A DNA stretch of 63,257 nt, filler included, from Reticulomyxa filosa (Eukaryota; Protista; Foraminifera), in assembly GCA_000512085.1 (NCBI GenBank). It is 19 parts of 19 records of this genome, joined end to end, with 100 filler letters (N's around TTAATTAATTAA, not from the genome) between each part and the next. Parts side by side here need not be neighbours in the genome. Positions count along the whole stretch, not along the records: positions 21,778 to 29,241 come from ASPP01022839.1; positions 29,342 to 33,416 come from ASPP01023528.1; positions 33,517 to 35,459 come from ASPP01007214.1; positions 35,560 to 36,804 come from ASPP01029623.1; positions 36,905 to 38,257 come from ASPP01019105.1; positions 38,358 to 46,193 come from ASPP01018223.1; 13 more parts are not named here. The stretch is one strand, 5' to 3'. The notes beneath the pieces were generated by a model that worked only from the letters and a program-made list of their open reading frames with translations, made no database searches and was not told the DNA's origin. A program made the translations under genes and the position numbers. The first letter of the stretch is position 1. Each line of letters begins with the position of its first letter. This document shows positions 27,208 through 39,874 of the stretch, one piece after another.

Positions 27208-28439
27208 AATTCTAAAAAAGTACACTATCCACTCACTTTCTTTGTATTTATTTGAAACTACTTTTCAAGAGCTGAAAGTATTGCTGACACTTAAACTTTT
27301 CAGTTCGAATACTGAAGAGTTACTAACTGCGCACGAGGTTTATATTTTAATCTTTCTCTGAATGTTATTAAAATAAAATTTCAATTTTAATCAATAATAT
27401 ATATAAATAGCATAATTGTAAGTAGAGTACCAAAAAAGTTGATATGCAAAATGGTATCTTATCAGGAAAATAAATTTTCTTCATAAAATCAAAATTTGTC
27501 AAAATCTTTTTTAAAAATATCTCTAATTTAAAAATTAAAATATCGTAATTTTTTTCAATAGAATTAATGTTCTTTTTTTTGCCCTTTGAATACTTTAATA
27601 CTGTTAACTTTGATTTGTCATTAAATTCAAATTATGCATCACAAAAACTAGGAAAAATAATATAAAATATAAAAAAATTATCTTCTAATGGAATTGAGTA
27701 AAATAACAAAAGAAAGCAAGTAAGTTGGAGATATTCTGATCTAAATGAATATAGCACGTTGTAGTGATTGTATAAAAAATCATGAATACGATCAATTGGC
27801 AAATTGTTGTCACTTCGACATTGTCCCCCAGAAAATCGGTCAACAATTTTGAATTCTATCAAAACGAATAAATCAGATAATGTATGGCAGATGATAAAGC
27901 AAACATGTCAAAATAAGCTTCCAAAAACGTGGAATAAATAATTTATCATCATATTCGAGCAATATGCTGTTGCTATTGTGGAGAAAATTCCAGACAAGCA
28001 TATTTTACAGCACAAAAATCTTGTAAATGGTCAAGAAATGTCTTTGTCCTATTTGGGAAATCACAACAAACTGACCTTGACACATGGATTCTTTTCGATC
28101 ATTAACAAATTGATTAAAGTTATAAAAAAGATAAATTTTTTTGTTTTGTTTTGTTTATTTGTTTATTTTGTGACGTTAGCTGACAGATATAATAAATAAT
28201 GAAACGCTCCTTGCAAGTGCATTTGAAGCATTACAGCAGCATGCATCGATCTATCACAAGCTACCATTATTCAATGTGATGACCCACTTGTATTACACTG
28301 GGCAATTTCACACTTCGCGAGATCAATTGGGATATGACAACAAAATCTTGTCAATAACAAAGTACTGATCTTGCTACTCTTAATTCCAATTCAACTTTTA
28401 TTTGGAGTCTTTCAAAGAGAAAATTACTCATTGTTAATA

Positions 28440-29241
28440 CAGTAGGATAAAAAAGAAAGTTGGCACATAAAATGCAACATTATAGAGATGATTGTGTTTC
28501 TACATGAAAAAACAACAAAAATTTTAAAAAATATATATACGAATCGTGTAGTTTTTAAATATCATTTTGAATTTAGTTTTTTATTAAGTCTACAATTTTT
28601 TCAAAAATTTTAATCTTTCATTTACTTTAAAAAAATTTTTTGTGGTGCCTGAGTATGATAAGATTTGTTTTTTAAAATTTAATTCAAGTTTACCAACGTG
28701 TTATATCTCCTTTGGCCTTTTTAACTGCCTGTACTATCTTTGGTATCGACTTTATTAAGGTTTCACAAGTGTTTGTTTCTATTTTTCACATTATGTTTCG
28801 AATTAGTTACAAAGTTTTTCAGTATTATTAAATTGTCCTTTTTTTGTGAATCATTGTATTTACTATCAACCAAAGATTTTCAATTGGATTTAAATTAGGA
28901 AATTCATTGTTTTCATTTTTTGTTTTAACTATTTCATAATTTTTTCCGATTTATGCATGTTGCATTATCTTGCTGAAAATCCAATCCTCTTTATTTTCTA
29001 ATCAGCAATTGACGTTATTTATATTTCGTCAGATAAAACTCCTTTATATATCAGTATTTACTTCACCTTCCACCTTGCAAGCCTAACATATTCATAATGC
29101 TCCAAAACATGACCAGACTAAAATACTTCCACCACCAAATTTTGCTATTCTTGTTCTGGAACTTCAATCTAATAATTGTCAATCAATATTTCGCAATAAA
29201 ATAATCAAAATGACAAAAATTAATATCAAACACCTAAAAAA
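28440..29241 (-). mobile_element. Decayed Tc1/mariner-family DNA transposon (copy A, truncated by contig end)
   Basis: TA|CAGTAG... terminus is similar to the 45094 element. Minus-strand remnants KFGGG/SILVWSCF, IFQQDNATC and PNLNPIENLW correspond to Tc1 DDE-domain motifs. Confidence 0.85.
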
Positions 29242-29341
29242 NNNNNNNNNNNNNNNNNNNNNNNNNNNNNNNNNNNNNNNNNNNNTTAATTAATTAANNN
29301 NNNNNNNNNNNNNNNNNNNNNNNNNNNNNNNNNNNNNNNNN

Positions 29342-29352
29342 ATAATAATAAC

Positions 29353-29405
<53 letters not shown>

Positions 29406-30788
29406 CAATAATAATAACGAAGTGACACCACAATTGTCGGCATTTGAGCAGCTATTAAACTCTGCAGACCATGTAATCTATGGCAACCCATTAGAGTATA
29501 AGGAGTGTCGTAATAGCTTGTTGCTGGCATATAATGTGACGGAGGAAGAGCTGCTTTCACAAATGCGTCCTCCCGTGCCTATCAATTACCCGCCGGCCAT
29601 ATGGACGAGAGAGGCGCTCACTGCGGCGAGACGAGGGGCGCCGTATTTTTATATGCACCGCCAAACCGTGAGGACTACGTTCAACGTTTCTGATCCCTCT
29701 TTTTTCGATCCCGACTTCCGGCTCCGTTTCAACCACTCGAATATGTCGACGCACTCCCGAAGCATTTACTATGGCCTGCCCAAGTGCGGAAGCAGCAGCA
29801 TCACCATTATGATCCGAAACTATGGCGAAAACAGGCCGAATCACCCGTTTGCGTGGAGGCAATCCGTGGAAAGGATACAAAGCACGTCCTCGCGCAAATC
29901 TCACCGTTTCTTTGCCGAGTGCTCGTTCACTTTTGTCAGAGACCCTTTGGCGCGTTTGATTAGTTCATACTATACTGAAAACTCTTTCATGTGGCGAATG
30001 AAGATGTGTTTTGAATTAAATATAACACATTGTGCTGGTTTGTATACATATATGTATATGTATACATACATACATATATATATATGTATACATTTTTGCA
30101 AAAGTTATACGTATACGTTATATAAAAATTTTGATATGTACAAATAATGTATACGTGCTTTGAAATTAAGCATCCCTTTTAATTAGTATGCATTAAAAAA
30201 AAAAAAGAAATGTACGTGTGTGTGTATGTGTGTGTGATAGGAAGCTATGATATACTGCAACACAAATACAAATGGTGGAATACCTATGGCGAACCACAAC
30301 GATTTCGAACATGGATGAATGAAACATTTGCCTATGCGAATGAGTTTGGATTCTATGCCCCACAGCAACATCATAACACGCTGCTTTCGTTTTTGGCAAC
30401 GTACGATGGGAGTGACCTTGGATTCATTGGACGAGTCGAATACTTGGAACAACACTTCTTTCGACTGTTCGAATATAATCCGCTTTGCAGAATACATTGG
30501 CACATCCCTCACAATACCACTATGACTCATGTCATGAAGATGCAAGGTGCGTGGTCCAACAATCCGCAGTCGTGGCATTTGGATCCCGAGTATGAATTCT
30601 GGCTCAATCTGACCACGTGGGATATCCACACCCATAAAACCCATCAGCTGCCTGCGTACTTGTCACTCACTCCATCTTTATTTAACCAAATCGTCGAACA
30701 CTATTGGCAAGATTATGTGTGCTTTGGATATCAACCCAATTACCCTGAACTTGGCTTATTTTATACTGGAAAGTTCAAAAAACCTTGA
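29342..30788 (+). CDS. Carbohydrate sulfotransferase-like (Sulfotransfer_2 family), 5'-partial, intron about 30038-30240
   Basis: 5'-PSB motif YGLPKCGSSSI, 3'-PB motif FTFVRDPLARLISSYY, FIGRVEYLEQHF and C-terminal YWQDYVCFGY. Confidence 0.85.
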
Positions 30789-32315
30789 GCCTTTTTTTTT
30801 TTTTTGGTTTTTAGTTAAAAAAAAAGGATTGCAAACCCCCTCTCCCCCCTTCTCCAGCAATTGTTTCTCTGAGAAAAGTAATTCCTTTTTTTTGTTTGTT
30901 TATTATTTTTATCACATCTTTGCAGTATTTGAAATGTTTTATTATCTTTTACAAATTTTTGCAAAACAACTGTTCCACGAACGGAAAAAAAAAATTCTTC
31001 TTTTGGTCTTTTTTCGTTCGACACTCTTCATTAGCTTTAATCACATTACCAAACTTTTGTGAGTCATTTCTTGTTTGATATTCCAAGTAAATATAAATGA
31101 TTTTTTTTAAAAAAAAATTATCTTACAAGTGTAAAATGTTACAGACACATGAAAATAATCGCTTTTTCCCTACGGAAGTCAAATATTTAATTCTAGTTTT
31201 TTTCAACCAACTTAATTTAAATCATTCATTTTGATTTTACATATTTTTTTCTTACAAATCAATGAATAAAAAATAATCTCCTATTTTAAAATTACAGTTT
31301 TTTTAATACATTTTTTCAAAATCAGTGTTAAATGTAGTTTTCGTTGAGAAAAGCAATCATTTCTACAATACGTACGTAAACAAGATTTATTTATCGTAAC
31401 ATCGCTTATTAGTTATTTTTGAGCACATACGTATATCTGTCTTTTTCTGCATATAATTGAATACACTACTATGCAATTTTTTTGATTTCAAAACTCATTG
31501 CTGCTAAGTGTTTTCATTTGTGTAGTACAACACATTTTAGTATTTGCTTTTTGCTTGTATGGCATGTTTTGATATCCATCTTAAAACGTATGATCGCCAT
31601 CTACAAGTGGCTGTGTATGCCATTTGATTGTCTTTTTTCCATATAAACATAGCATATTTGTGTTGTATATACTCGTTGTGTACGTTGTACACAGGTGTCA
31701 TAGCCACATGAAACACCAAACTACAAGAGTGATCACAATGATCAAAATTTAAGAAAAATGAAAATCAAGTCCTCAACTACAAGTACTGTTTCAAATGTAG
31801 TTCGTAACAAAAGATAAATGCAAAGAGCTTTTGTGCCCTAATTTGAACGACTACCTTAATCTTCAAAGCTTAGTTGTAAAGTACAAAACTATAGAATCTG
31901 ATATCAAGTCAAATTTGCTCAAAAAATATTCTTTCTTTGAAATGTTTGTGGCCAACATTTTGTACGCACTGTTGTCGTTCGTAAAAAAGTGCACGCAAAA
32001 CAGAAGGGTCCATTTCTCCTTTCCAAAAGACATTGAATATTAACGAAATAAAAATGAAGCAACGAATGTTAGAGGAAGAGGAGGGAGAGGAGGAAGAGAA
32101 GGAAACACAATACATTTCAAAAAAGCTAGAGACAGAAGCTCGTCCTGTCCCAGCACCAAAAACGAAGGCTCGGTTCCAAAGAACAGTTAAGAACCTTTCA
32201 AGAAACAGAAGAAAAAAAAAAAACAAAACAAAAACAAAAAAAGTTATGTGGACGTGGATGCCCTTTATGTGACTGCGATTACGGATGTAGAAAACGACAA
32301 CGTTGGTGTTGCAAT

Positions 32316-33416
32316 ATGCTATCAACAATAATATGTCTGCTGTATTTGATAAGTTTGTTAATATTTGAGTTTGGAACGAGCGGAGATGTGTTCAGCAATA
32401 CGTATGAAATGATCGAGTATTGCATCAACATATTTTTGATAGTGTTGAGTGCATATCATATCCACACGTTCATTCAGCTGACAGATATAATTCCTAACGA
32501 AGCAGACATTTCCATTATGACGACAGAAGACTTTTACAATCGACAGCATCCTCTTTTTGCAGTTCAATTAAAATGCAAAAAAAAAAAAAAATATATATAT
32601 ATATGTACATATACATATATATGCATATATACGTATATATATATGTACATACATTATGTACATATAATAAAGCCATCGAGGATTTCATCATTTCGATCCA
32701 ACCGAGACCAGAAATTGCTGGTAATTTCCGTGGATTGCAATTGGCATATGATACGACGCATTGCTTCGTCGATGTACGTATTCATATTCCAAACGATACC
32801 CAACAACGACTTTGCCATCATGGCTGTGTGTTCGTTCACCTACTTTACTGTCAATGGCATCTTGCTGTGCAAATACGGCGACAAAAACCAAGGCGCGTTG
32901 TATCTCTTTTGCGCCGTTGCCGACGTGTTGCCGGGAATCATGTACACCATTTATTTGGACTTTCGACGTCCTTCCCACGCTCAGCGACCTGCTCTTCATG
33001 ACAGTTTGCAACATTCATTTTATATATACGTATACACATGCATGTACGTATGCATATACATATACATACATATATATATGTATATGTGTGTGGTGAAGCA
33101 ATACACGCAATGGAAACGCTACATTTGGAAAGCGAGGGCGTGCAGTTTTCGTACGAAGAGTCAGTGCTTACAAGCAAGACAGCAAAATTCGTTTGCGAGA
33201 CAGAACTCAGCAAGTGCTACGTGTTCACAAAAGGAAGTCGCTTCACATTTTTCCTGACTTTTATGTTCAAACTGTTCTATTTCATATCCGTGCCGTTGAC
33301 CAATCCAGACACTTATCGGTGTCAACTGGCCAGAATGTATTGCTTCAAAAGTGGAAGCAGTGCTGGTTTGACTATATTCATATATATATTTGATATACGT
33401 ATATATATATATATAT
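32316..33416 (+). CDS. Multi-pass membrane protein, multi-exon, partial
   Basis: Hydrophobic exons separated by (TA/CA)n-filled introns. No family recognised, and the true start may lie upstream near 32054. Confidence 0.5.
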
Positions 33417-33526
33417 NNNNNNNNNNNNNNNNNNNNNNNNNNNNNNNNNNNNNNNNNNNNTTAATTAATTAANNNNNNNNNNNNNNNNNNNNNNNNNNNN
33501 NNNNNNNNNNNNNNNNTTTTTTTTTA

Positions 33527-33562
<36 letters not shown>

Positions 33563-33573
33563 TTCAAAAATAT

Positions 33574-34430
33574 GTGCGATATATGGTATGGTCGTCCCCG
33601 AAATTTTTGTATCAAAAATTGGAAAAGAAAGACAATGATAATGATAACGGTAATGATAATGATAACGACAATGATAAGCGACGCACATTATCGTTTGAAC
33701 GCTGCAACGTGTTTGCGTTGGTGACAAGGAAGGACTGGTCGAACACGGAATCATTAGATATCAACAACAATTCCCGAGTTTGGGTTTTTGCAGGCATCGA
33801 TTGACAGCGTGTCGCAATTTGGAAAGCACCAGGCGTTCTTAAGCCACTGCGACAAGACCTTGCGCATTCTGACGTTGGACATTAACATTCTGTCTGGAGA
33901 ACAGCGTCAGATTTCGCAAGAAATTTCCTTGACTTTGCCAAAGAATCTGGAAATGCTTCGTATCTCTTTTCTCCGTCTCGTGCCTCAATTTTCCATTGAC
34001 TTTTCCAATTGCAAAGATAATTTGAAATATCTCGTTCTCGGTTACTTTTTTTTTTTTTTAATTAAAATAAATTATATATACATATACATATATATATATA
34101 TAAAGGAAGACATGCTTGGCATTATGCAAGCCATTTGTTTCAGAAGAAAGAGTCCTTGCCTTCGAAATTAAAGTATTTGGTGTTTGATGATGGCAATATG
34201 TATGAGCTGAATTGGGACGTATTGACCCACTTTAAGACGATAAATCAAATAGACTACTTATACGCTCCTTGCTATCCTAACTACGCTTCAGATTTCTCCA
34301 AGTTCTGCGTCGGGAGGTTCCCTTCTCTCAACGATGCAAAGCACTGCCTGGAAAATGTCAGTGCACGCAAAATTCTCAGAGAAATGGTTGAACAAGATCG
34401 CGTTCATTGGTTCGTTTGTTTTGGAAAAAT
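33574..34430 (+). CDS. Hypothetical protein fragment with LRR-like spacing
   Basis: GC-richer exons (LPKNLEMLRISF, NLKYLVLG, LPSKLKYLVFD). Exon structure is uncertain. Confidence 0.4.
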
Positions 34431-34958
34431 CAATTTTATACATATGTGTATACGTATGCAAATGTGTAAGCAATCTGCATGCAATATATGTGTGTGTTTA
34501 TATGCTTGATGTGCATAGGCTGTATGGACTGTTTTGGAGTGAGTCAGAATCTTTATTTCACGATGTCCCTGAATAGACTGTTCCATTTTGTAAAATTCAT
34601 ATTTCTTTTTTTTTTTTTTTTTTTTTGTGCTCAAGTGTCAAATATTTCGTTGATAATCTCTTTTTTTGGATCATTATCACGACCAATTTGAATTACTCGT
34701 TTTTGTAAATGGAGGCTTGTTGTGCCAAGCACGTGAGAGAAAAATTGTCAGTTTCTCTGTTAAAAAAAAATGCTTTGAATATCAATTTCTCAAAGGTTAT
34801 GCTCTACCAACTTTTAAAAGAAAAACAATTAGAAAACTGAAAAACTGAAGCGATGAAAATAATAATTGTCAGAAAAAAAAAGGAGCTTACAATTAATTTT
34901 TTTTGAAATAATACGTTAGTGATAATTTGGAAAATAGATTCAACGATCAAAATAAAAA

Positions 34959-35252
34959 ATGGGATGTTGTGGTAGTGGAGACTCGGGAAATGGTTTGATA
35001 GACAAGGAGATAGGACAAGATAAACAAGTGGACAAAGAGGTAAAAAAGCTGTTGCTATTGGGAGCTGGTTCGTCAGGCAAAACGACATTTTTCAAGCAAT
35101 TGAAATGTATCCACGGCGATGGCTTTACAAAGAAGGATAAGTCGGATTACCGAGCACAAATTGAGAGTCAAATTATCGAGCAAATGCAAAAGATTATTGC
35201 AAGGTCACGAGAAATACAGGAAGAATTTCCTGGCGAATATAAAAATCTAGCT
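34959..35252 (+). CDS. Heterotrimeric G-protein alpha subunit, first exon
   Basis: MGCCGS myristoylation/palmitoylation signal, KKLLLLGAGSSGKTTFFKQLKCIHGDGF. Confidence 0.93.
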
Positions 35253-38200
35253 GTTATGAGGATTTCAACACTTTTTAAGCATTTACATATGTATATGTAA
35301 TGTTTACTTTTTTTTATTTTTAAAAAGGGGTAGCCCTCAATTTTTGCAAATTTTTTTTTTTTATACGTCCCCCTTTTCCCCCTTTTGCACATTCCAAAAA
35401 AAAAAAGCAACTTTTTTGTTTGGTCTGTTTGTTTGATCAATAGTAAAAAAAAAAAAAAANNNNNNNNNNNNNNNNNNNNNNNNNNNNNNNNNNNNNNNNN
35501 NNNTTAATTAATTAANNNNNNNNNNNNNNNNNNNNNNNNNNNNNNNNNNNNNNNNNNNNTTGGTTGTCTCAACTACTTTCATACATGGAATTTCTTCGGC
35601 AATTCGGGAATAAAAATTTTATCCTTGAAAACTTTGAAAACAAGGATTGAAGTAAATGATTTAACATAAAAAAAGAAAAAATCTGGAACTAGACCCTTTT
35701 TAAGGAACTCTTCAAATCATTATTTTTTTGTTTTGTATTTTTCAATTCAAAAAAAGATTTTTATTTATTTGTTTGCCCAATTTATAATTTTGAGTTGTTT
35801 TGTCAAATTAATTGAAAATGTTTTTTTGGCTTCGAAGTTTTACGTTTTTCTGTTCATTCATAAAATATTGAAAAGAGCGCTATGGATACACACAAACTTT
35901 TGAGTGTTTGTCTGTTAGTCGCTGAATTCAATGTCAATTTAATTATGACAATCTCAAGAAAAAAATAATGATAGCACAGTTTACTCGTATCTGAAGTGTG
36001 GAGTGATGGGCAATGCATTCATAAAAAAGGGAGTTTTTTGTGATATATGTGTGATATTTTTACCATTGAAAAAATAAACAGGAAAAAGATTTGTAATTAG
36101 TTTGATGAGCAACAATAAATATTGTCATCAAAAGCTGTCTAAGAAGATTGACAAGACAAAAGTTAAATACTGGCTCCACATTGAGAATTTTTGGTTATTA
36201 ATATGCTTTACGCAATCTTGATGTAAAAACATCTTGTCGATTGTTGAATATTAGTGTTGAGGATATACACAAAAATTTGCATGACTGATATTGCTTCATT
36301 TTGTATTATGGTTACTTGAAATATGTGTGACAAAACATTAGATAATTGAAATTATATCATTATGACAGTGAAAATATATTTTATAGAAACCAATTGATTC
36401 TGCACACTCATCTTATGTCATCATGATATTTTTTTGTCATGAATCATTGAAATATCGCTTTCAATGTAAATACAAATAAGTAATTTTGATTTTTTTTATT
36501 TGAAAATAATTAAACAAAAATGGCTTATGTTGATTACAATAATTCATTGTCAGTTATTGTTTGTTATTTAATTATCCTTTAATTTCAATGAAGAATACAG
36601 AAAAATAGCCAAAATTAAAATTCTGCTGAAAAGTGTAAAGATAATACCAGACAACCGAAAGTGTGCTCAAAAAGGAGCTAGTTCCATTTTTTATATTTTT
36701 TTACCTGTCATGTCTTTGAGTTGTTAACAATTCCAAAAGAGTATAAGTTGAATTGTCCAAGCTAATGAATCTTACTTAATGTATTTGCCACCCTTAGTGT
36801 AAATNNNNNNNNNNNNNNNNNNNNNNNNNNNNNNNNNNNNNNNNNNNNTTAATTAATTAANNNNNNNNNNNNNNNNNNNNNNNNNNNNNNNNNNNNNNNN
36901 NNNNGTATTATATGGAGTAGCAAATAGCTACAAGAAGTACGAGCAGTTGTAACTGCAATTACAGTAATAGTCTTAGTGTTAGTTAGCATCACAGAGACAG
37001 TAGTGAAAGCACTGACTGTGATAGTCGTAGTCATAGTCAGTTGATAGTTGTATATTATACATATTCGCAAATAGATGTGATTTTGATTTCACATTTGTAA
37101 TCACTATTGACTATATCATTCATTGCATTACTTCTACTATCATTCCTTTCAAGCTATAGCATTCCATTTATAATTATTGATACTTATATTAGTTTCAGAT
37201 TTAATCTTTGTAGATTGTGGTTAACAGTATTTACATTAATGATTTCTAAACCAATTCAATGTGTTATGTTGTTGACTACATTGCATTATGAACATCAATT
37301 GTAGTTACTTAACGTGTATGTAAAAGTTGCAAAAAAACTTGTATATTTGACATTGCTTTATTCTTATAAAGTAATTATTCTCAGTTTGAGTTTATACAAT
37401 TTGCTTTATAAAATAATATGCAGTATTTAGAATATGAATAGTATTTTTTTTCTTGTATTAGTTGAAAATAAAAATAAAAACAAGACAAAAATATCACTGA
37501 ACATGAAACAAAAAACAAAAGAATATGCATTGAAATAAAAATATTTTTATTGATGACAAAACAAAAAGAATAAAACATAACTATTTTTCTTGGTCAACAC
37601 ATCAGCAGTGGACACATATTGTCGTTGATTTGTTGTCGATTGCCTGATTGCAGTTGCTTGGCCAAGGCTGTCTCGCTGCTTCCACTTTCGTCAATGCTTC
37701 AAGAATCTGCAGTTAGTTGCTAAGTCATATGACTGTAAAAAAAAAGCTAAAAAAGGATTAATTGTCTGAAAACAAGTCATTATTAGTAAATCCATCTTGG
37801 GCCAATATTTATGTCATATTGATAATTACATTATCTATATTATTGCATGTGATTATCCTTTATATCATATTCTTCTATACCATGCTAAGCAATACTCCAT
37901 TAATGGTAGACTGAAAAATCTTTTATGATAAATAATTAAATTGTATTACGTTGTTCATCTTCAATTTGCACTTTTTTTGAACTACATTCGAGTTGGAAAG
38001 GAAAATTTAAATTTGATCCAAATATTACATTGAACCTTTTTTGAAAAACTTTTTTTTGACTGAATGTTTCGAAAAACTCAGTTTGAATTTTGATGTTTTG
38101 TTTTTGGTTTAGAATTTTTGATTTTTTATTTGTGCAAAATTTGAGTTGTTTTAAGGAACAATTTGTAAAATACTGTATTGTGACAAAAAAAAAGAATCAA

Positions 38201-38384
38201 AAGGGAAACAATTTTTTAAAATTTTTTTCCATCTTTGACAATCATTTGGAGTAATGGNNNNNNNNNNNNNNNNNNNNNNNNNNNNNNNNNNNNNNNNNNN
38301 NTTAATTAATTAANNNNNNNNNNNNNNNNNNNNNNNNNNNNNNNNNNNNNNNNNNNNTCCCTTTTTTGCTTAAAAAAAAAAAAG

Positions 38385-39874
38385 GGATACAGCCCTCGAA
38401 ATTTGTTGCGACGCGAATCGACGTTAGCAAATAAACGCAAACGCTATCGAGATTTAATCGAGCTGTATTATAACGACAAAAAGCCGGAACACCGAAGCAA
38501 TCCGGAAAACCAAATAATCCATCAAATTGGATTGGATGTGCCGAGGACGTCGCCCGTTTTGAAGTATTTTCAAATTGACAATATCAAAAAAGTTTGAATT
38601 GTTTTCATGTTTGTATATACATATATGTATCAATGGTATACATATACATATATATATATATATATGTATAGGGAAAAGGGGAGGGGGGGGGGAGGAAGAA
38701 ACACATATTAACGTGCTCCTTTTTCCTTTTGAGAAAGAATAAATGAATGGACAAAAATAAACACACACATACACAACACACATAGTTGTTGACTAGAGCA
38801 CTCTACATTTGGTCGCATCATCACACAGCCACGGGTTATGTTCAGGGCATTAACGATTTAATCACGCCTTTTGTTTATGTTTTTTTGGACGAATTTTTAA
38901 GTTGAGAATCACCATATATTCAACACGATATATTTCCTTTATTGTTTGTTAATTTGCACTGGGGGAAAGATGAGAGGAAAAAAAAAAAAAAAGGAAAGCA
39001 AATTTGGAGTGGCAATTGAAGACGGACAGTCAATGAAATTGATATCGTCGTTAAAAGAAGAAGAACTGTTAGATGTGGAAGCCGACTCGTACTGGTGCTT
39101 AGATGAATTTTTAGAAAGCTTGCAATTGAATTACACTCATGAACAGCCAGGGATTCAACGCATGATGCAAAAGTTCCAACGTTTGGTCGAAGAATGTGAC
39201 TCGTCTTTCATCAACTACACACAATCCTCGCCAGTGCAAGGTTTGTCTTGCGTGCCATGTTGTTTTACTTTGTTTTATATTTCTATCGTATCCCACTTTT
39301 TCTTCTTTTTCTTCTTCTTTTCCTTCTGATCAGAACGAAAATTGGCAGGTCATTTTAAAGAACAAGGCGTAGAGTTTGTGCAGTTTTCTTTTCGATGGAT
39401 GAATTGCTTTTTAATGAGAGAATTTACCTTACAACAAATCATTTATATGTGGGATACTTATTTGGCTGAATACCACTTGAACAAAGATAATGTCGAGCAA
39501 TTTCACGTGTTCGTCTGCGTTGCGTTATTATTGCACTTCAAAAAAGAACTCATAGTTGAGTGCTTTGTTTGTTTTTTTTTTTAAACTATCCCGTCAAAAA
39601 ATAATTGATCTCTTACTTTATTTTATATTTCAAACATACACATAATGCCTAAATGCAGACAAGTGGGTACATAACTGTGTTTATGTGACACACACACACA
39701 CACACACACATATAGAATAAAGATTTTGCTGATATTCTCTTATTTATTCAAGACTTGCCCACAAGAGACTGGGGAGAAATGCAAATGTCGATCCTTATGG
39801 CTGAAGCACAAGAAAAGCGCTTGCAATGGTCTATGAGTGCAAGAGTTAGCAAAAAAGAAGTGAGCACAAAATGA
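38385..39874 (+). CDS. TBC-domain Rab GTPase-activating protein (TBC1D22/Gyp1-like), 5'-partial, multi-exon
   Basis: Arginine finger QIGLDVPRT, glutamine finger GYVQGINDL, EADSYWC, QPGIQ, FSFRWMNCFLMREF, WDTYLAE, FHVFVC and QDLPT.DW. Confidence 0.93.
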
